Assembly: GCA_964405295.1 (NCBI GenBank)
Contig: CAYONI010000004.1
Span: 20,698 to 84,697, forward strand
Length of the DNA stretch: 64,000 bases
Origin: an uncultured Methanosarcinales archaeon
Lineage (GTDB): Archaea > Nanobdellota > Nanobdellia > Woesearchaeales > CAYZNE01
Direction: 5' to 3'
Position numbers and translations under genes: made by a program. The notes beneath the pieces were generated by a model. That model ran no database searches. It saw nothing but the letters and a program-made list of their open reading frames with translations, and had not been told where the DNA came from. Positions 7,949 through 17,040 of the stretch are shown piece by piece. Each line of letters opens with the position of its first letter. The stretch's first letter is position 1.

Positions 7949-9205
7949 TTATACAAAGTCCGTGTTCTTTATTTTAGGTGTACAGAACCAAGATAGTTTT
8001 TGATTAAACAATGCTTTGAATGCAGCATATGCGATAGCAAAAACAAGAACTATGCTAACAGTGAAACATCCTCTTACAAGGTACCAGTATTCGTTTAGCA
8101 TATGTCTTTTATACATCATAAATCCTCCCATTAAAAGGAACCCAAATGTGTAGAAGAACCTCAAGAAGAATGTTGCCACGTCTGACATATTAAATAAACT
8201 TGGCTCTCCAACAAACCACCCTACAAAGCCAAAAATGGTCATGGTTATAACCACTGGTGCAATTAAATGAACCATTGTTTGAAACATTATCATTGCCTGT
8301 TGTTTCCAATTAAGTTTACCAGAAAATAATATGTCCTGATAGTTATCTAGAAAAACTCTCATTCCACCATAGGTCCATCTCATCTGTTGTTTAATATAAG
8401 ATTCCCATGTATCTGGAACTTCACTTGGTTGATCTAACCCTTTAACATAAACACTTTTATAACCTTTCATTAGAATTCTAACGCTAAGTTCAGAATCTTC
8501 TGTTATACTATTAGGGTTCCATCCGCCTACTTCTTCAATACATTTTTTTCTTATAGCCCCTCCTGTTCCACAGAAGAATACTGTATTTATTTTATTACTA
8601 ATGGGCATGATAATTGTGTGAAATATTGTCAACGAATATGCTGCAAATCTTGTAATTATATTTGTATCTTTGTTTGAAAAGCCTTGGCCTCCTTGAACAA
8701 TTGCAATTTTTGGATCAGCAAATGGAGGAATAACTTTTTTTAGAAAGTGTGCTTCGGGTTCCCAGTCTGAGTCAAAGATGCAAATTATTTCTCCTTTTGT
8801 TTGGTCCATTGCATCTTTGCAAGCACCTGGCTTATACCCTTGCCTATTTGTTCTGTGTATATATTTAACAAATCCAGGATTATCATCTGCATACTTTTTT
8901 AGAAGTGCTTGTGTGTTTGTATTTGTGCTATCATCAAGAATCATTACTTCAAATCTATCTTTTGGATAGTCTAGTTTCATACAGCCTTCAATACATCTTG
9001 CTGCAATAGGATCATTAAACGAAGGAACCTGGACACTTACAAAAGGCCACTCTTTAAACTTGTATGTTTTAGAATCAACAAAGTTTTTCTTTTTGTCAAC
9101 AAAAATATTTATTATTGACATAGTAAGAAATACCAATGACAGAAAGATCATTGGAATTAGTGCAATGTTGTATATGAACATTGTAATTGCTTGAGCAGTA
9201 GCCAT
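7949..9205 (-). CDS. Membrane-integrated family 2 glycosyltransferase, processive beta-glycan synthase type (cellulose-synthase/CslA-like)
   Basis: Motifs seen are VQVPSFND, ILDDSTN, IFDSDW, TEDSELS and QQMRWTYGG (Q-x-x-R-W), with N- and C-terminal TM helices. Confidence 0.8.
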   Translation of the reverse strand: MATAQAITMFIYNIALIPMIFLSLVFLTMSIINIFVDKKKNFVDSKTYKFKEWPFVSVQVPSFNDPIAARCIEGCMKLDYPKDRFEVMILDDSTNTNTQALLKKYADDNPGFVKYIHRTNRQGYKPGACKDAMDQTKGEIICIFDSDWEPEAHFLKKVIPPFADPKIAIVQGGQGFSNKDTNIITRFAAYSLTIFHTIIMPISNKINTVFFCGTGGAIRKKCIEEVGGWNPNSITEDSELSVRILMKGYKSVYVKGLDQPSEVPDTWESYIKQQMRWTYGGMRVFLDNYQDILFSGKLNWKQQAMIMFQTMVHLIAPVVITMTIFGFVGWFVGEPSLFNMSDVATFFLRFFYTFGFLLMGGFMMYKRHMLNEYWYLVRGCFTVSIVLVFAIAYAAFKALFNQKLSWFCTPKIKNTDFV

Positions 9206-9210
9206 TCTTT

Positions 9211-9936
9211 TTAATCACCTATTATTAATTGCTTTTGTCTGATAGCTTTTCTTAGTTTGGTTATACTTGGAACTCCAACCAACATATCATAGTCTCTTTC
9301 ACTAACACCTATATATATTACTGGATTAATTCCCTGTATTTTAAACTTTTGTGCTTCTGAGATGTCTTCTTTTAGTTCTTCGAAGATTTCTGTTTCCATA
9401 CAGTTTAGAATTTCTTGGCCATCCAGGTTATTCAAATCAATATTTTCTTGAACTTTCATATTAAATGAATTAAAATAATAATTCCAATATTGATCTGGAT
9501 AGAGTTTATTTACACATAATAATGCTTGTGCAAATTTGTAGTGGTCTTCTTTTTCTTGATAATCAATTATATCTATATTGTTCTTATGATAAAATTTAAT
9601 TTTCCCTGTGTCAATATATTCTTCTTTTATTATTGGGAATATTTCGTTAATAAATTCTCTTGATTTGTCTCCAGAACTATCTGCAAAAACAATCATTGTT
9701 ATCTGTGCGTTTTCATCACCAAAATACGGCCTGTTAGTTAATAATGGTTCATTTGAAGTATAGAACTCATATAGATAGCTAATATTATTTCCATTTAATT
9801 TATCATTAAGAATAGGGTATTTATTTTTTTCAATTGTTATACTTCTATAAAAGCTAAATGCCAATATTAAAACAAGAATAACTAATATTGTTATTGTTTT
9901 CCCATGTAGTCTTCTTTTATTGTCTTTCTTAGTCAT
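9211..9936 (-). CDS. Membrane-anchored DsbA-like thioredoxin-fold protein lacking the CxxC active site
   Basis: It has an N-terminal anchor. FGDENAQITMIVFADSSGDKSREF aligns to the DsbA/Thioredoxin_4 pattern G-x-x-A-x-V-x-I-x-E-F-x-D-x-x-C-P-x-C, but SGDKS replaces C-P-x-C. The C-terminal GINPVIYIG matches the cis-Pro loop region. Confidence 0.55.
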   Translation of the reverse strand: MTKKDNKRRLHGKTITILVILVLILAFSFYRSITIEKNKYPILNDKLNGNNISYLYEFYTSNEPLLTNRPYFGDENAQITMIVFADSSGDKSREFINEIFPIIKEEYIDTGKIKFYHKNNIDIIDYQEKEDHYKFAQALLCVNKLYPDQYWNYYFNSFNMKVQENIDLNNLDGQEILNCMETEIFEELKEDISEAQKFKIQGINPVIYIGVSERDYDMLVGVPSITKLRKAIRQKQLIIGD

Positions 9937-9941
9937 CTTTC

Positions 9942-10391
9942 TTATTCTCTTTGCATAATAGTATTTTTTATGCTTTTTGCTTTGTGGCTATTATAAGATT
10001 TAAGTCCTTTAACAAATAAGAAGATACACCAAATTAATAATGCAGCTATTGGTAATGGTAACCACCCAAATAGTAAGAATGGCATTATTGAATAAAACAT
10101 AAGTCTAAATAAATCCAAGTATTTTATTTTTCTGACAAATATTTTTAAGATTAAACTTAGAAAGAAGAAACCAAATGTTCCTGCAAAGATATAAAAGAAA
10201 GCCATGCCTGTTGCAGTACCAAAAGAATAATTTATCATTCTCCAAAAATTTACATTTGCAATATCAAATATAGTGTAGTATGCATATCTTATAATATCAA
10301 TTAATAGAATAACGATTCCTGTTAATATACTTAGCTTAACTAGTAATCTAAGGTAAATATCTAAAACAATTTCAAATTGTTTTTTCCACAA
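9942..10391 (-). CDS. Small polytopic membrane protein, function unknown
   Basis: 149 aa from TTG 10391, with about 4 hydrophobic helices. The frame stays open upstream to about 10493 without ATG, GTG or TTG, so the true N-terminus is uncertain. Confidence 0.5.
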   Translation of the reverse strand: MWKKQFEIVLDIYLRLLVKLSILTGIVILLIDIIRYAYYTIFDIANVNFWRMINYSFGTATGMAFFYIFAGTFGFFFLSLILKIFVRKIKYLDLFRLMFYSIMPFLLFGWLPLPIAALLIWCIFLFVKGLKSYNSHKAKSIKNTIMQRE

Positions 10392-10577
10392 GCCTTCAAA
10401 AGCTTTATCAGGATTGTATAATACTTCTAAACCGGATTTCAGGTCGCTTATTGTATTTGTTTTCTTTTTGATTTTGATTACCTCGTTGGAAAGTTAATTT
10501 CCCGTATGTAGGAGTTGATATAAGTAGTAATTATTTTATAAATATTGTGGTAAAATTTGATCTTTTAATCTTTAGTC

Positions 10578-11294
10578 TTAATTCACTTTAAGAATAAGCT
10601 TCAGATCTTTTGAGGTAAGGACTCTATCTTGGATTAATCTGTTATCTACAACGGTTGCAGGGTAAGAATCTATTTCATAGTATTGTTTTAATAGGAATAC
10701 GGTGTCTTCTTTAAAATCTGCATCAATAGGGAAAATTATTACGGTTTTGTTTTCTTCAGACATTTCTTGATTAAATCTGTCAAATTCTTCTCCTTGTTCT
10801 AGGCAGTTTTCGCAATCTTTTGTGTAAAAGTATAATATTGGTATAAAATCATGATTATTACACTCATTGTAATTCTTTGTTGATATAAGCCAGAATCTTA
10901 AAGATAATCTGATATACTCTCTTTTTAAGCTAATATATTCATCTGAAAGTTTTGTTTTTTTGTCATATTCTTCAAGTCTTGTTGGTAGAATATCCCAGTA
11001 GAATTTTAGTTGTGGGTATAGTTGAGTTATCTGTAAATCTAGAAATTTGCACTGATCTTTTGCTTGAAAGTTGTCCATAAATAATTGCTGTAGTTGAACT
11101 CCCTTAAGGTCGAGTGCAGAATTATCTATAGTATTTCTTATTTCAGAGATTTCTGAGTTTACTGTTTTCTCTATAAGATTGTTAGCAAAGATGCCACTAA
11201 AAACTCCTGCTAAATATAGAACAAAAGATACTATGACAATAAATATTATTAAACCTCTTTTTGGTACTTTTTTGATTCTTCGTTTTTTATTCAT
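10578..11294 (-). CDS. Membrane-anchored thioredoxin-like protein with a CxxC motif
   Basis: It has an N-terminal anchor (KRGLIIFIVIVSFVLYLAGVF) and a coiled-coil-like linker. ILYFYTKDCENCLEQGEEF is a beta-strand followed by C-E-N-C, typical of a thioredoxin fold. YPATVV matches the cis-Pro region. Confidence 0.55.
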   Translation of the reverse strand: MNKKRRIKKVPKRGLIIFIVIVSFVLYLAGVFSGIFANNLIEKTVNSEISEIRNTIDNSALDLKGVQLQQLFMDNFQAKDQCKFLDLQITQLYPQLKFYWDILPTRLEEYDKKTKLSDEYISLKREYIRLSLRFWLISTKNYNECNNHDFIPILYFYTKDCENCLEQGEEFDRFNQEMSEENKTVIIFPIDADFKEDTVFLLKQYYEIDSYPATVVDNRLIQDRVLTSKDLKLILKVN

Positions 11295-11321
11295 TTTTTA
11301 ATAAATGATTAAAAATTTGGT

Positions 11322-12509
11322 TTATTCATCATCTATGCTTATTTCTTCAATGTCATCTAGAGAAGGTATTTCTTCTTTTGGAGTCTTCGAATCCAATAAA
11401 TCTTTAGATTTATTCAACTTTGTTGAATGATCAACAATATTTTCGTTATTGTGTTTATTGAGAGTTTCAACTTTTATTTCTTTAGGGGAGTCTTGTTTCG
11501 GTGTCTCAGGAAGATTTTTTATTTCTTCTTCTGGAGAAGGATTCTTAACAATCTCCATTGCAACAAGCTCAACTCTGTCAAAAGCTTCATTTTTGTTAAC
11601 TCTACCAGTTACTTTTATCATTTCACCTAATAAGGATGATTTAAATGGTTCAAATAAATCTGGTGCTTCTCTAAATTTTAGAATATTTTCATGTGTTTCT
11701 CCAAGTAGTTTCTGTATTTGATCTCTCCAAAAAACAGTTCTTACGCTTGCAGATCCATCATCTAAATAGCAATTTAATACATATGAATATCCTAATTTAT
11801 TTGCAGGAATTTCTCCGTGCTCTGCGCAAATATATTTGTCGTTTTCAAATTTAGGTTTTTTATTACACTCAGGACAAGTTTCCCAGAATCTAATGTCTGA
11901 AACTTGCACAATTGTTGCAAGAACATCAACTCTGAAATCATTTGCTCCTAGCTCGCTAATCTTCTTTTTTGTTGAAGTTTCTTCACTAACTTCAATTGTT
12001 ATTCCTTCAGGGTTTACTATGATTTCAGTATTGTCCCCAAGGTTTAAGTCAAGAGCGCCAGTATAGTTATTCTTTCTAACATAGGCGTTCTTTATTGTAA
12101 TTATGTCTCCCTGTTTTATTTTTCCAAAGAATTCATCAACTTTAGTGTTCCAAAGCGTTGCTCTCATTCTTCCTGTTTTATCTGCAATAAGAAAACTGGC
12201 TAGCTTACCAGGTCCTCTTGCTGAATTAAATTCTTTTATATCAAATTTTCTTAGAACTTTAGCATTTAGTTCAACATTTCTCAATCCTTCAAGAAGATTG
12301 CCTATTTCCAAAGCTTGCTCTGTTGAAGGTATTAATTGCACACCAAGTTCATTTGCAACAATGTGTGCAGCTCCATCTTCACTTACTAATCCTGAAAGTT
12401 GATCTAGTTTGTGTTTTATTTTATTATTAATATCATCTAATGATAGAGAAGTAGATTCTATAATTTTCTTAACTATCTGTTCTTTCGTAAGTACGACCAT
12501 GTGTTTCAA
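11322..12509 (-). CDS. rpa: Replication protein A-type ssDNA-binding protein (OB folds plus zinc ribbon)
   Basis: The N-terminal helical region ends in AAHIVANELGV. OB-fold segments are present (ASFLIADKTGRMRATLWN). The zinc ribbon reads CPECNKK...CAEHG. An acidic C-terminal tail ends in DDIEEISIDDE. Confidence 0.75.
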   Translation of the reverse strand: MKHMVVLTKEQIVKKIIESTSLSLDDINNKIKHKLDQLSGLVSEDGAAHIVANELGVQLIPSTEQALEIGNLLEGLRNVELNAKVLRKFDIKEFNSARGPGKLASFLIADKTGRMRATLWNTKVDEFFGKIKQGDIITIKNAYVRKNNYTGALDLNLGDNTEIIVNPEGITIEVSEETSTKKKISELGANDFRVDVLATIVQVSDIRFWETCPECNKKPKFENDKYICAEHGEIPANKLGYSYVLNCYLDDGSASVRTVFWRDQIQKLLGETHENILKFREAPDLFEPFKSSLLGEMIKVTGRVNKNEAFDRVELVAMEIVKNPSPEEEIKNLPETPKQDSPKEIKVETLNKHNNENIVDHSTKLNKSKDLLDSKTPKEEIPSLDDIEEISIDDE

Positions 12510-12645
12510 ACCCCCTCAAATAATCAAATAAGTAAGTACTATATAAATATTAGTATTTATCTCTTACTAGAATAATCTAGGACAATTTCCTCTTTTTAAA
12601 AAGATTGTTGTTGGTTGTCTTGTGTTTGCTCACTAAACAATAATA

Positions 12646-12655
12646 TTTATAAATA
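12646..12655 (+). promoter_or_regulatory. TATA box (tttataaata) for rpl21e-rpoF
   Basis: It matches the window-wide consensus and lies about 22 nt upstream of ATG 12677. Confidence 0.55.
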
Positions 12656-12670
12656 CCCTAAAATTCACTT

Positions 12671-12973
12671 GTGATTATGGTAAAGCGAGTTGGCGGATCA
12701 CGAAGGAAAACAAGACATAAGCTTAAGAAGAATGTTAGAACTAAAGGAAAAATTAGTTTAACTAGATTCTTTCAAACTTTTAAGAAGGGCGACAAGGTTG
12801 TTTTGAATGCAGAACCTGCATATCAGAAAGCAATGTATTACCCAAGGTTTCATGGGCTTGTTGGTTCTGTATCAAGAAAGATTGGCACATGTTACGAAGT
12901 TAGTATTAAAGATAACAATAAAGCAAAAATGGTTATTGTTCACCCTGTTCATTTGAAGAAGTCGAAGGTTTAA
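12671..12973 (+). CDS. rpl21e: 50S ribosomal protein L21e
   Basis: MVKRVGGSRRKTRHKLKKNVRTKGKISLTRFFQTFKKGDKV is a typical L21e N-terminus. ATG 12677 is the more likely start than GTG 12671. Confidence 0.9.
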   Translation: MIMVKRVGGSRRKTRHKLKKNVRTKGKISLTRFFQTFKKGDKVVLNAEPAYQKAMYYPRFHGLVGSVSRKIGTCYEVSIKDNNKAKMVIVHPVHLKKSKV

Positions 12974-12978
12974 ATAAA

Positions 12979-13335
12979 ATGGAGCCAGAAATTATTGAAT
13001 TAAATCCTGTTTCTTTAGCAGAAGTTAAAAAAGATTTAAAAAAAATTAAAAAAAGAGATGGTGAACTTACTTTTAGAGGAAATAAAACAGAAGAGCACAT
13101 TAATAGTCTTCATGTAATTTCTGAAAAAGATTCTAAAGATATCTATGATAAAATTGATAAATTAAAGATTCTAAGAATGAAGCCTAAGCATGTCATTAAA
13201 TTCGTAGATATAATGCCTTCTTCAGAAGCAGAAGTAAAATATCTTGTAGGTTCCCTGTCATTAACAGTTTCTAAGGAGAACATTACAAAAATTAACAAGA
13301 TAATCTCTGCACACATTCCTGCAAAGAAGAAATAG
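12979..13335 (+). CDS. rpoF: DNA-directed RNA polymerase subunit F (Rpo4)
   Basis: 118 aa, located directly after rpl21e, which is the conserved archaeal gene order. It is helical and K/E-rich, with an Rpb4-like N-terminal pattern. Confidence 0.6.
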   Translation: MEPEIIELNPVSLAEVKKDLKKIKKRDGELTFRGNKTEEHINSLHVISEKDSKDIYDKIDKLKILRMKPKHVIKFVDIMPSSEAEVKYLVGSLSLTVSKENITKINKIISAHIPAKKK

Positions 13336-13356
13336 TTTTTCTTAATTTTCTTAAAC

Positions 13357-13366
13357 TTTATAAATA
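13357..13366 (+). promoter_or_regulatory. TATA box (tttataaata) upstream of gap
   Basis: It lies 36 nt upstream of GTG 13402, with the SD-like sequence AGAGGTG at 13390-13396. Confidence 0.5.
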
Positions 13367-13401
13367 CTAATTGTAAATATATCCTATAAAGAGGTGTTTA
13401 A

Positions 13402-14409
<1,008 letters not shown>

Positions 14410-14449
14410 TTTACAACAGGTTTATATATTGGAGTATATTCTGTTTTTT

Positions 14450-15112
14450 ATGTCTGATATTATAAGTGAATTTAAAGAATCTTATAATAATTTAAGAGCT
14501 AATGTTTCTCCTGAAGAACTAGTACATGATGATATTGATAATCTTGAAGAACTTTGTGTTAAGTCAAAGCCAGCTATTGTAAGGTCAGATTCTGATTATT
14601 TTATCATAGGTTATTCTAATCAAAATAAAGTTGTCAATAAAATAAAGAAGTTATGGAATCATCCTATTACAAAGTTCAATAGATCTATGATTCCTGCAGA
14701 AATAGCTTCGGTTGTTGGTGCAGCAAAGGGGAGTTCTTTAGTAAGTTTGGTAACTAATTCATCTTCTTTAATTACAGTTGGTGCTGCAATCACAGAGGGG
14801 TTATCTTATTTCGGAATCTATAGAATCTTATCTTATTTTAATAATGAGAATAAATATAAAGGGCATAAAAAGAAATTTTGGAAAGACTTTGGCACTTTTA
14901 GTAAAGATTCTGTTATGTTGTGGACACTTAGCATGGCAAAGAATATTATTCTGTATAAATTATTAAAAGAAGGTTATGATCCCGCACAAACAACTGCGTT
15001 TGTTCAGGCAGGTTATAGTTTGTTGCATTTAGCCTCAATGAATGCATTAGCCTATAAACAAGGTTTAATTGATAAGAATAATAATGTTAAAAAAGTGTCT
15101 AATTTCACCTAA
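14450..15112 (+). CDS. Hypothetical protein with C-terminal hydrophobic segments
   Basis: ATG 14450 (MSDIISEF) lies about 22 nt downstream of gtttatatatt. The track start at 14393 overlaps the end of gap. Confidence 0.5.
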   Translation: MSDIISEFKESYNNLRANVSPEELVHDDIDNLEELCVKSKPAIVRSDSDYFIIGYSNQNKVVNKIKKLWNHPITKFNRSMIPAEIASVVGAAKGSSLVSLVTNSSSLITVGAAITEGLSYFGIYRILSYFNNENKYKGHKKKFWKDFGTFSKDSVMLWTLSMAKNIILYKLLKEGYDPAQTTAFVQAGYSLLHLASMNALAYKQGLIDKNNNVKKVSNFT

Positions 15113-15192
15113 ACATTTAAAAATAATGAGTGATATTACTAACAATATCTAGAGGTTAGCCTAGAAAATTTAGTAAGGAGTAAAAAAACAAA

Positions 15193-15495
15193 ATGAAAGG
15201 AACAGTTAAATGGTACAACTTTAAGAAAGGTTACGGATTCATCAGTGGTGAAGACGGAAAAGATTATTTTGTGCACTATACTATGGTGTCTAAAGATCTA
15301 ATGTTAAAAGACGATGATAGTGTTACTTTTGATGCTGTTGAAACAGATAAAGGAATTCAAGCACAGAACATTGCAATAGTGGGCTCTGCACCTGCAGAAG
15401 CATCTGCAACAACTAAAGCTCCGGCTGAAAAATCTGTTAAAGAACAAGTGGCACCTGTTAAGGAAGATACTAAAGAAGATAGTGAAGATTTTTAA
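15193..15495 (+). CDS. csp: Cold-shock domain protein with an A/E/K-rich C-terminal tail
   Basis: MKGTVKWYNFKKGYGFISGEDGKDYFVHYT contains the RNP1 (KGYGFI) and RNP2 (VFVH-like) motifs. AAGGAG lies upstream. Confidence 0.85.
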   Translation: MKGTVKWYNFKKGYGFISGEDGKDYFVHYTMVSKDLMLKDDDSVTFDAVETDKGIQAQNIAIVGSAPAEASATTKAPAEKSVKEQVAPVKEDTKEDSEDF

Positions 15496-15569
15496 GACTA
15501 TTTTCTAAATAATAAACTTATTATTTTTTCTATTTTATTTTTTCTATCTAAAAAGAAAAAAATTCTAAA

Positions 15570-16163
15570 TTATTTTTTAGTAGCAGTTCTATTTGCAACA
15601 ACAACTTTAAACTTATTTGAGATGTCGTTAAGTTGTTTAACATTATTTACAAAGACTGGAAGAACATTACTGAAAACCTTTTCCATAGCTCTAACTTCTG
15701 CGCCAACATTTAGAATATTTTTATCATATTCACCGACTTTCCCAATTATTGCTTTGTGCAGTTCGTCAAATTGATCTTTCATGTCTTTGACTTGTTGTTC
15801 AATTTGTGTAACTTTTTGTTCTGTTCTGTTTTTCCAAGTTATTATTTTATTAATATCTTTGATAAGATCAGTCCATTTTTCTTCAATAATTGTTTCTATA
15901 AGTTCTTCATTGGTTGCACTTACCATTCCAGGATCAACATCCATTGATGATTGCATAGGATTCATATTAGGGATTGGTGGTAAGATGTTTTGTGAATTGT
16001 TTGGTATCATGTTTTTTCCTCCTAGTTTTGCCTGCGACATTGCATCAAATATATCCGTATGAGAGTGGCCTTTCTTCACTAAAACGTCAGAAATCTGATT
16101 TTCAGATAGTCCTTGCTGTTTTAAAACGTGTACTTGATTGACCATTTCTTTAATGTTAGTCAT
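15570..16163 (-). CDS. Hypothetical coiled-coil protein with an N-terminal UBA-like helical motif
   Basis: 197 aa. The N-terminus reads LKQQGLSENQISDVLVKKGHSHTDIFDAMSQA, followed by a P/N/M-rich linker and heptad-like sequence. A TATA-like gtttaaaaat (minus-strand sense) lies about 24 nt upstream. Confidence 0.55.
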   Translation of the reverse strand: MTNIKEMVNQVHVLKQQGLSENQISDVLVKKGHSHTDIFDAMSQAKLGGKNMIPNNSQNILPPIPNMNPMQSSMDVDPGMVSATNEELIETIIEEKWTDLIKDINKIITWKNRTEQKVTQIEQQVKDMKDQFDELHKAIIGKVGEYDKNILNVGAEVRAMEKVFSNVLPVFVNNVKQLNDISNKFKVVVANRTATKK

Positions 16164-16241
16164 ATTAAATGATATTTATGTTAGTAGTTTAAAAATATTA
16201 TTGATTATTTTGTTGAATATTCATAAAAACAAACAACAAGC

Positions 16242-16251
16242 TTTATAAATA
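16242..16251 (+). promoter_or_regulatory. TATA box (tttataaata) upstream of rpl11
   Basis: It matches the consensus and lies 45 nt upstream of ATG 16296. AGAGGT is at 16283-16288. Confidence 0.5.
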
Positions 16252-16295
16252 TATATTAAGCCCCATAGGATACTGATAATCATAGAGGTTAAAAT

Positions 16296-17018
16296 ATGGC
16301 AAAAGAGACTGTAGACGTACTAATTTCAGGTGGTAAAGCAACTGCTGCGCCCCCATTAGGTCCTGCTTTAGGTCCAAAAGGAGTAAATATTGGGCAAGTT
16401 ATAGCTGAGATCAATAAAAAAACAGCAAGTTTTGCAGGAATGCAAGTCCCTGTTAAAGTAATCATTGATACTGATACTAAAGAATTTTCTATAAAGATTG
16501 GAACTCCTCCTGCAGCTGAATTAATTAAGAAAGAAGCTGGAATTGCAAAGGCAAGTGGAAGCCCAAAATCAGATTTGGTTGCTGATCTAAAAATTGAACA
16601 GTTAATCAAGATTGCTGGAATGAAGGAAGACGCTCTTCTGGGAAGTGATACTAAGGCAAGGGTTAAAGAGATTGCAGGAACATGTCGTTCTATGGGTATT
16701 ATGGTTGAAGAAATGAGAGTCGCTGAATTTATTAAAGCAGTTAATGAAGGGAAATATGATAAAGAAATCTTATCTGGTAAAACTGAATTAACAGAAGAAG
16801 AACTAAAACAAATGGAAGTTAAGAAAAAAGAGTTAGCTGAAAAGCATAAGGCAATGCACGATAAATATTCTGTAACTGCTAAGGATATCATTTCAAAGAA
16901 TGTTGGTAAAGAGAATAAAACTATTAGGAAAGCTTTGAGTGAAGCAGAGATTCCAGAAGAAATCATTAATGAGTTTGCACCTGAAGAGAAAGAAGCTCCT
17001 GGTGCAGCTAAGAAGTAA
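16296..17018 (+). CDS. rpl11: 50S ribosomal protein L11 with an ~80-aa C-terminal extension
   Basis: [36 protein letters not shown] is the L11 signature. The usual archaeal C-terminus ([11 protein letters not shown]) is reached near aa 160. The ORF then continues to aa 240. Confidence 0.9.
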   Translation: MAKETVDVLISGGKATAAPPLGPALGPKGVNIGQVIAEINKKTASFAGMQVPVKVIIDTDTKEFSIKIGTPPAAELIKKEAGIAKASGSPKSDLVADLKIEQLIKIAGMKEDALLGSDTKARVKEIAGTCRSMGIMVEEMRVAEFIKAVNEGKYDKEILSGKTELTEEELKQMEVKKKELAEKHKAMHDKYSVTAKDIISKNVGKENKTIRKALSEAEIPEEIINEFAPEEKEAPGAAKK

Positions 17019-17040
17019 ATTTTATTTCTTTTTTATTTTT

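Noticed and set aside
11427-12402. Four plus-strand ORFs overlapping the RPA gene
   Set aside because: They are antisense to a gene with recognisable OB-fold and Zn-ribbon features and give low-complexity translations.
16289-16966. 225-aa minus-strand ORF covering almost all of rpl11
   Set aside because: The plus strand carries an unmistakable L11 signature. The minus-strand product is S/L/I/A-rich low-complexity sequence, typical of the antisense frame of a K/E-rich gene.
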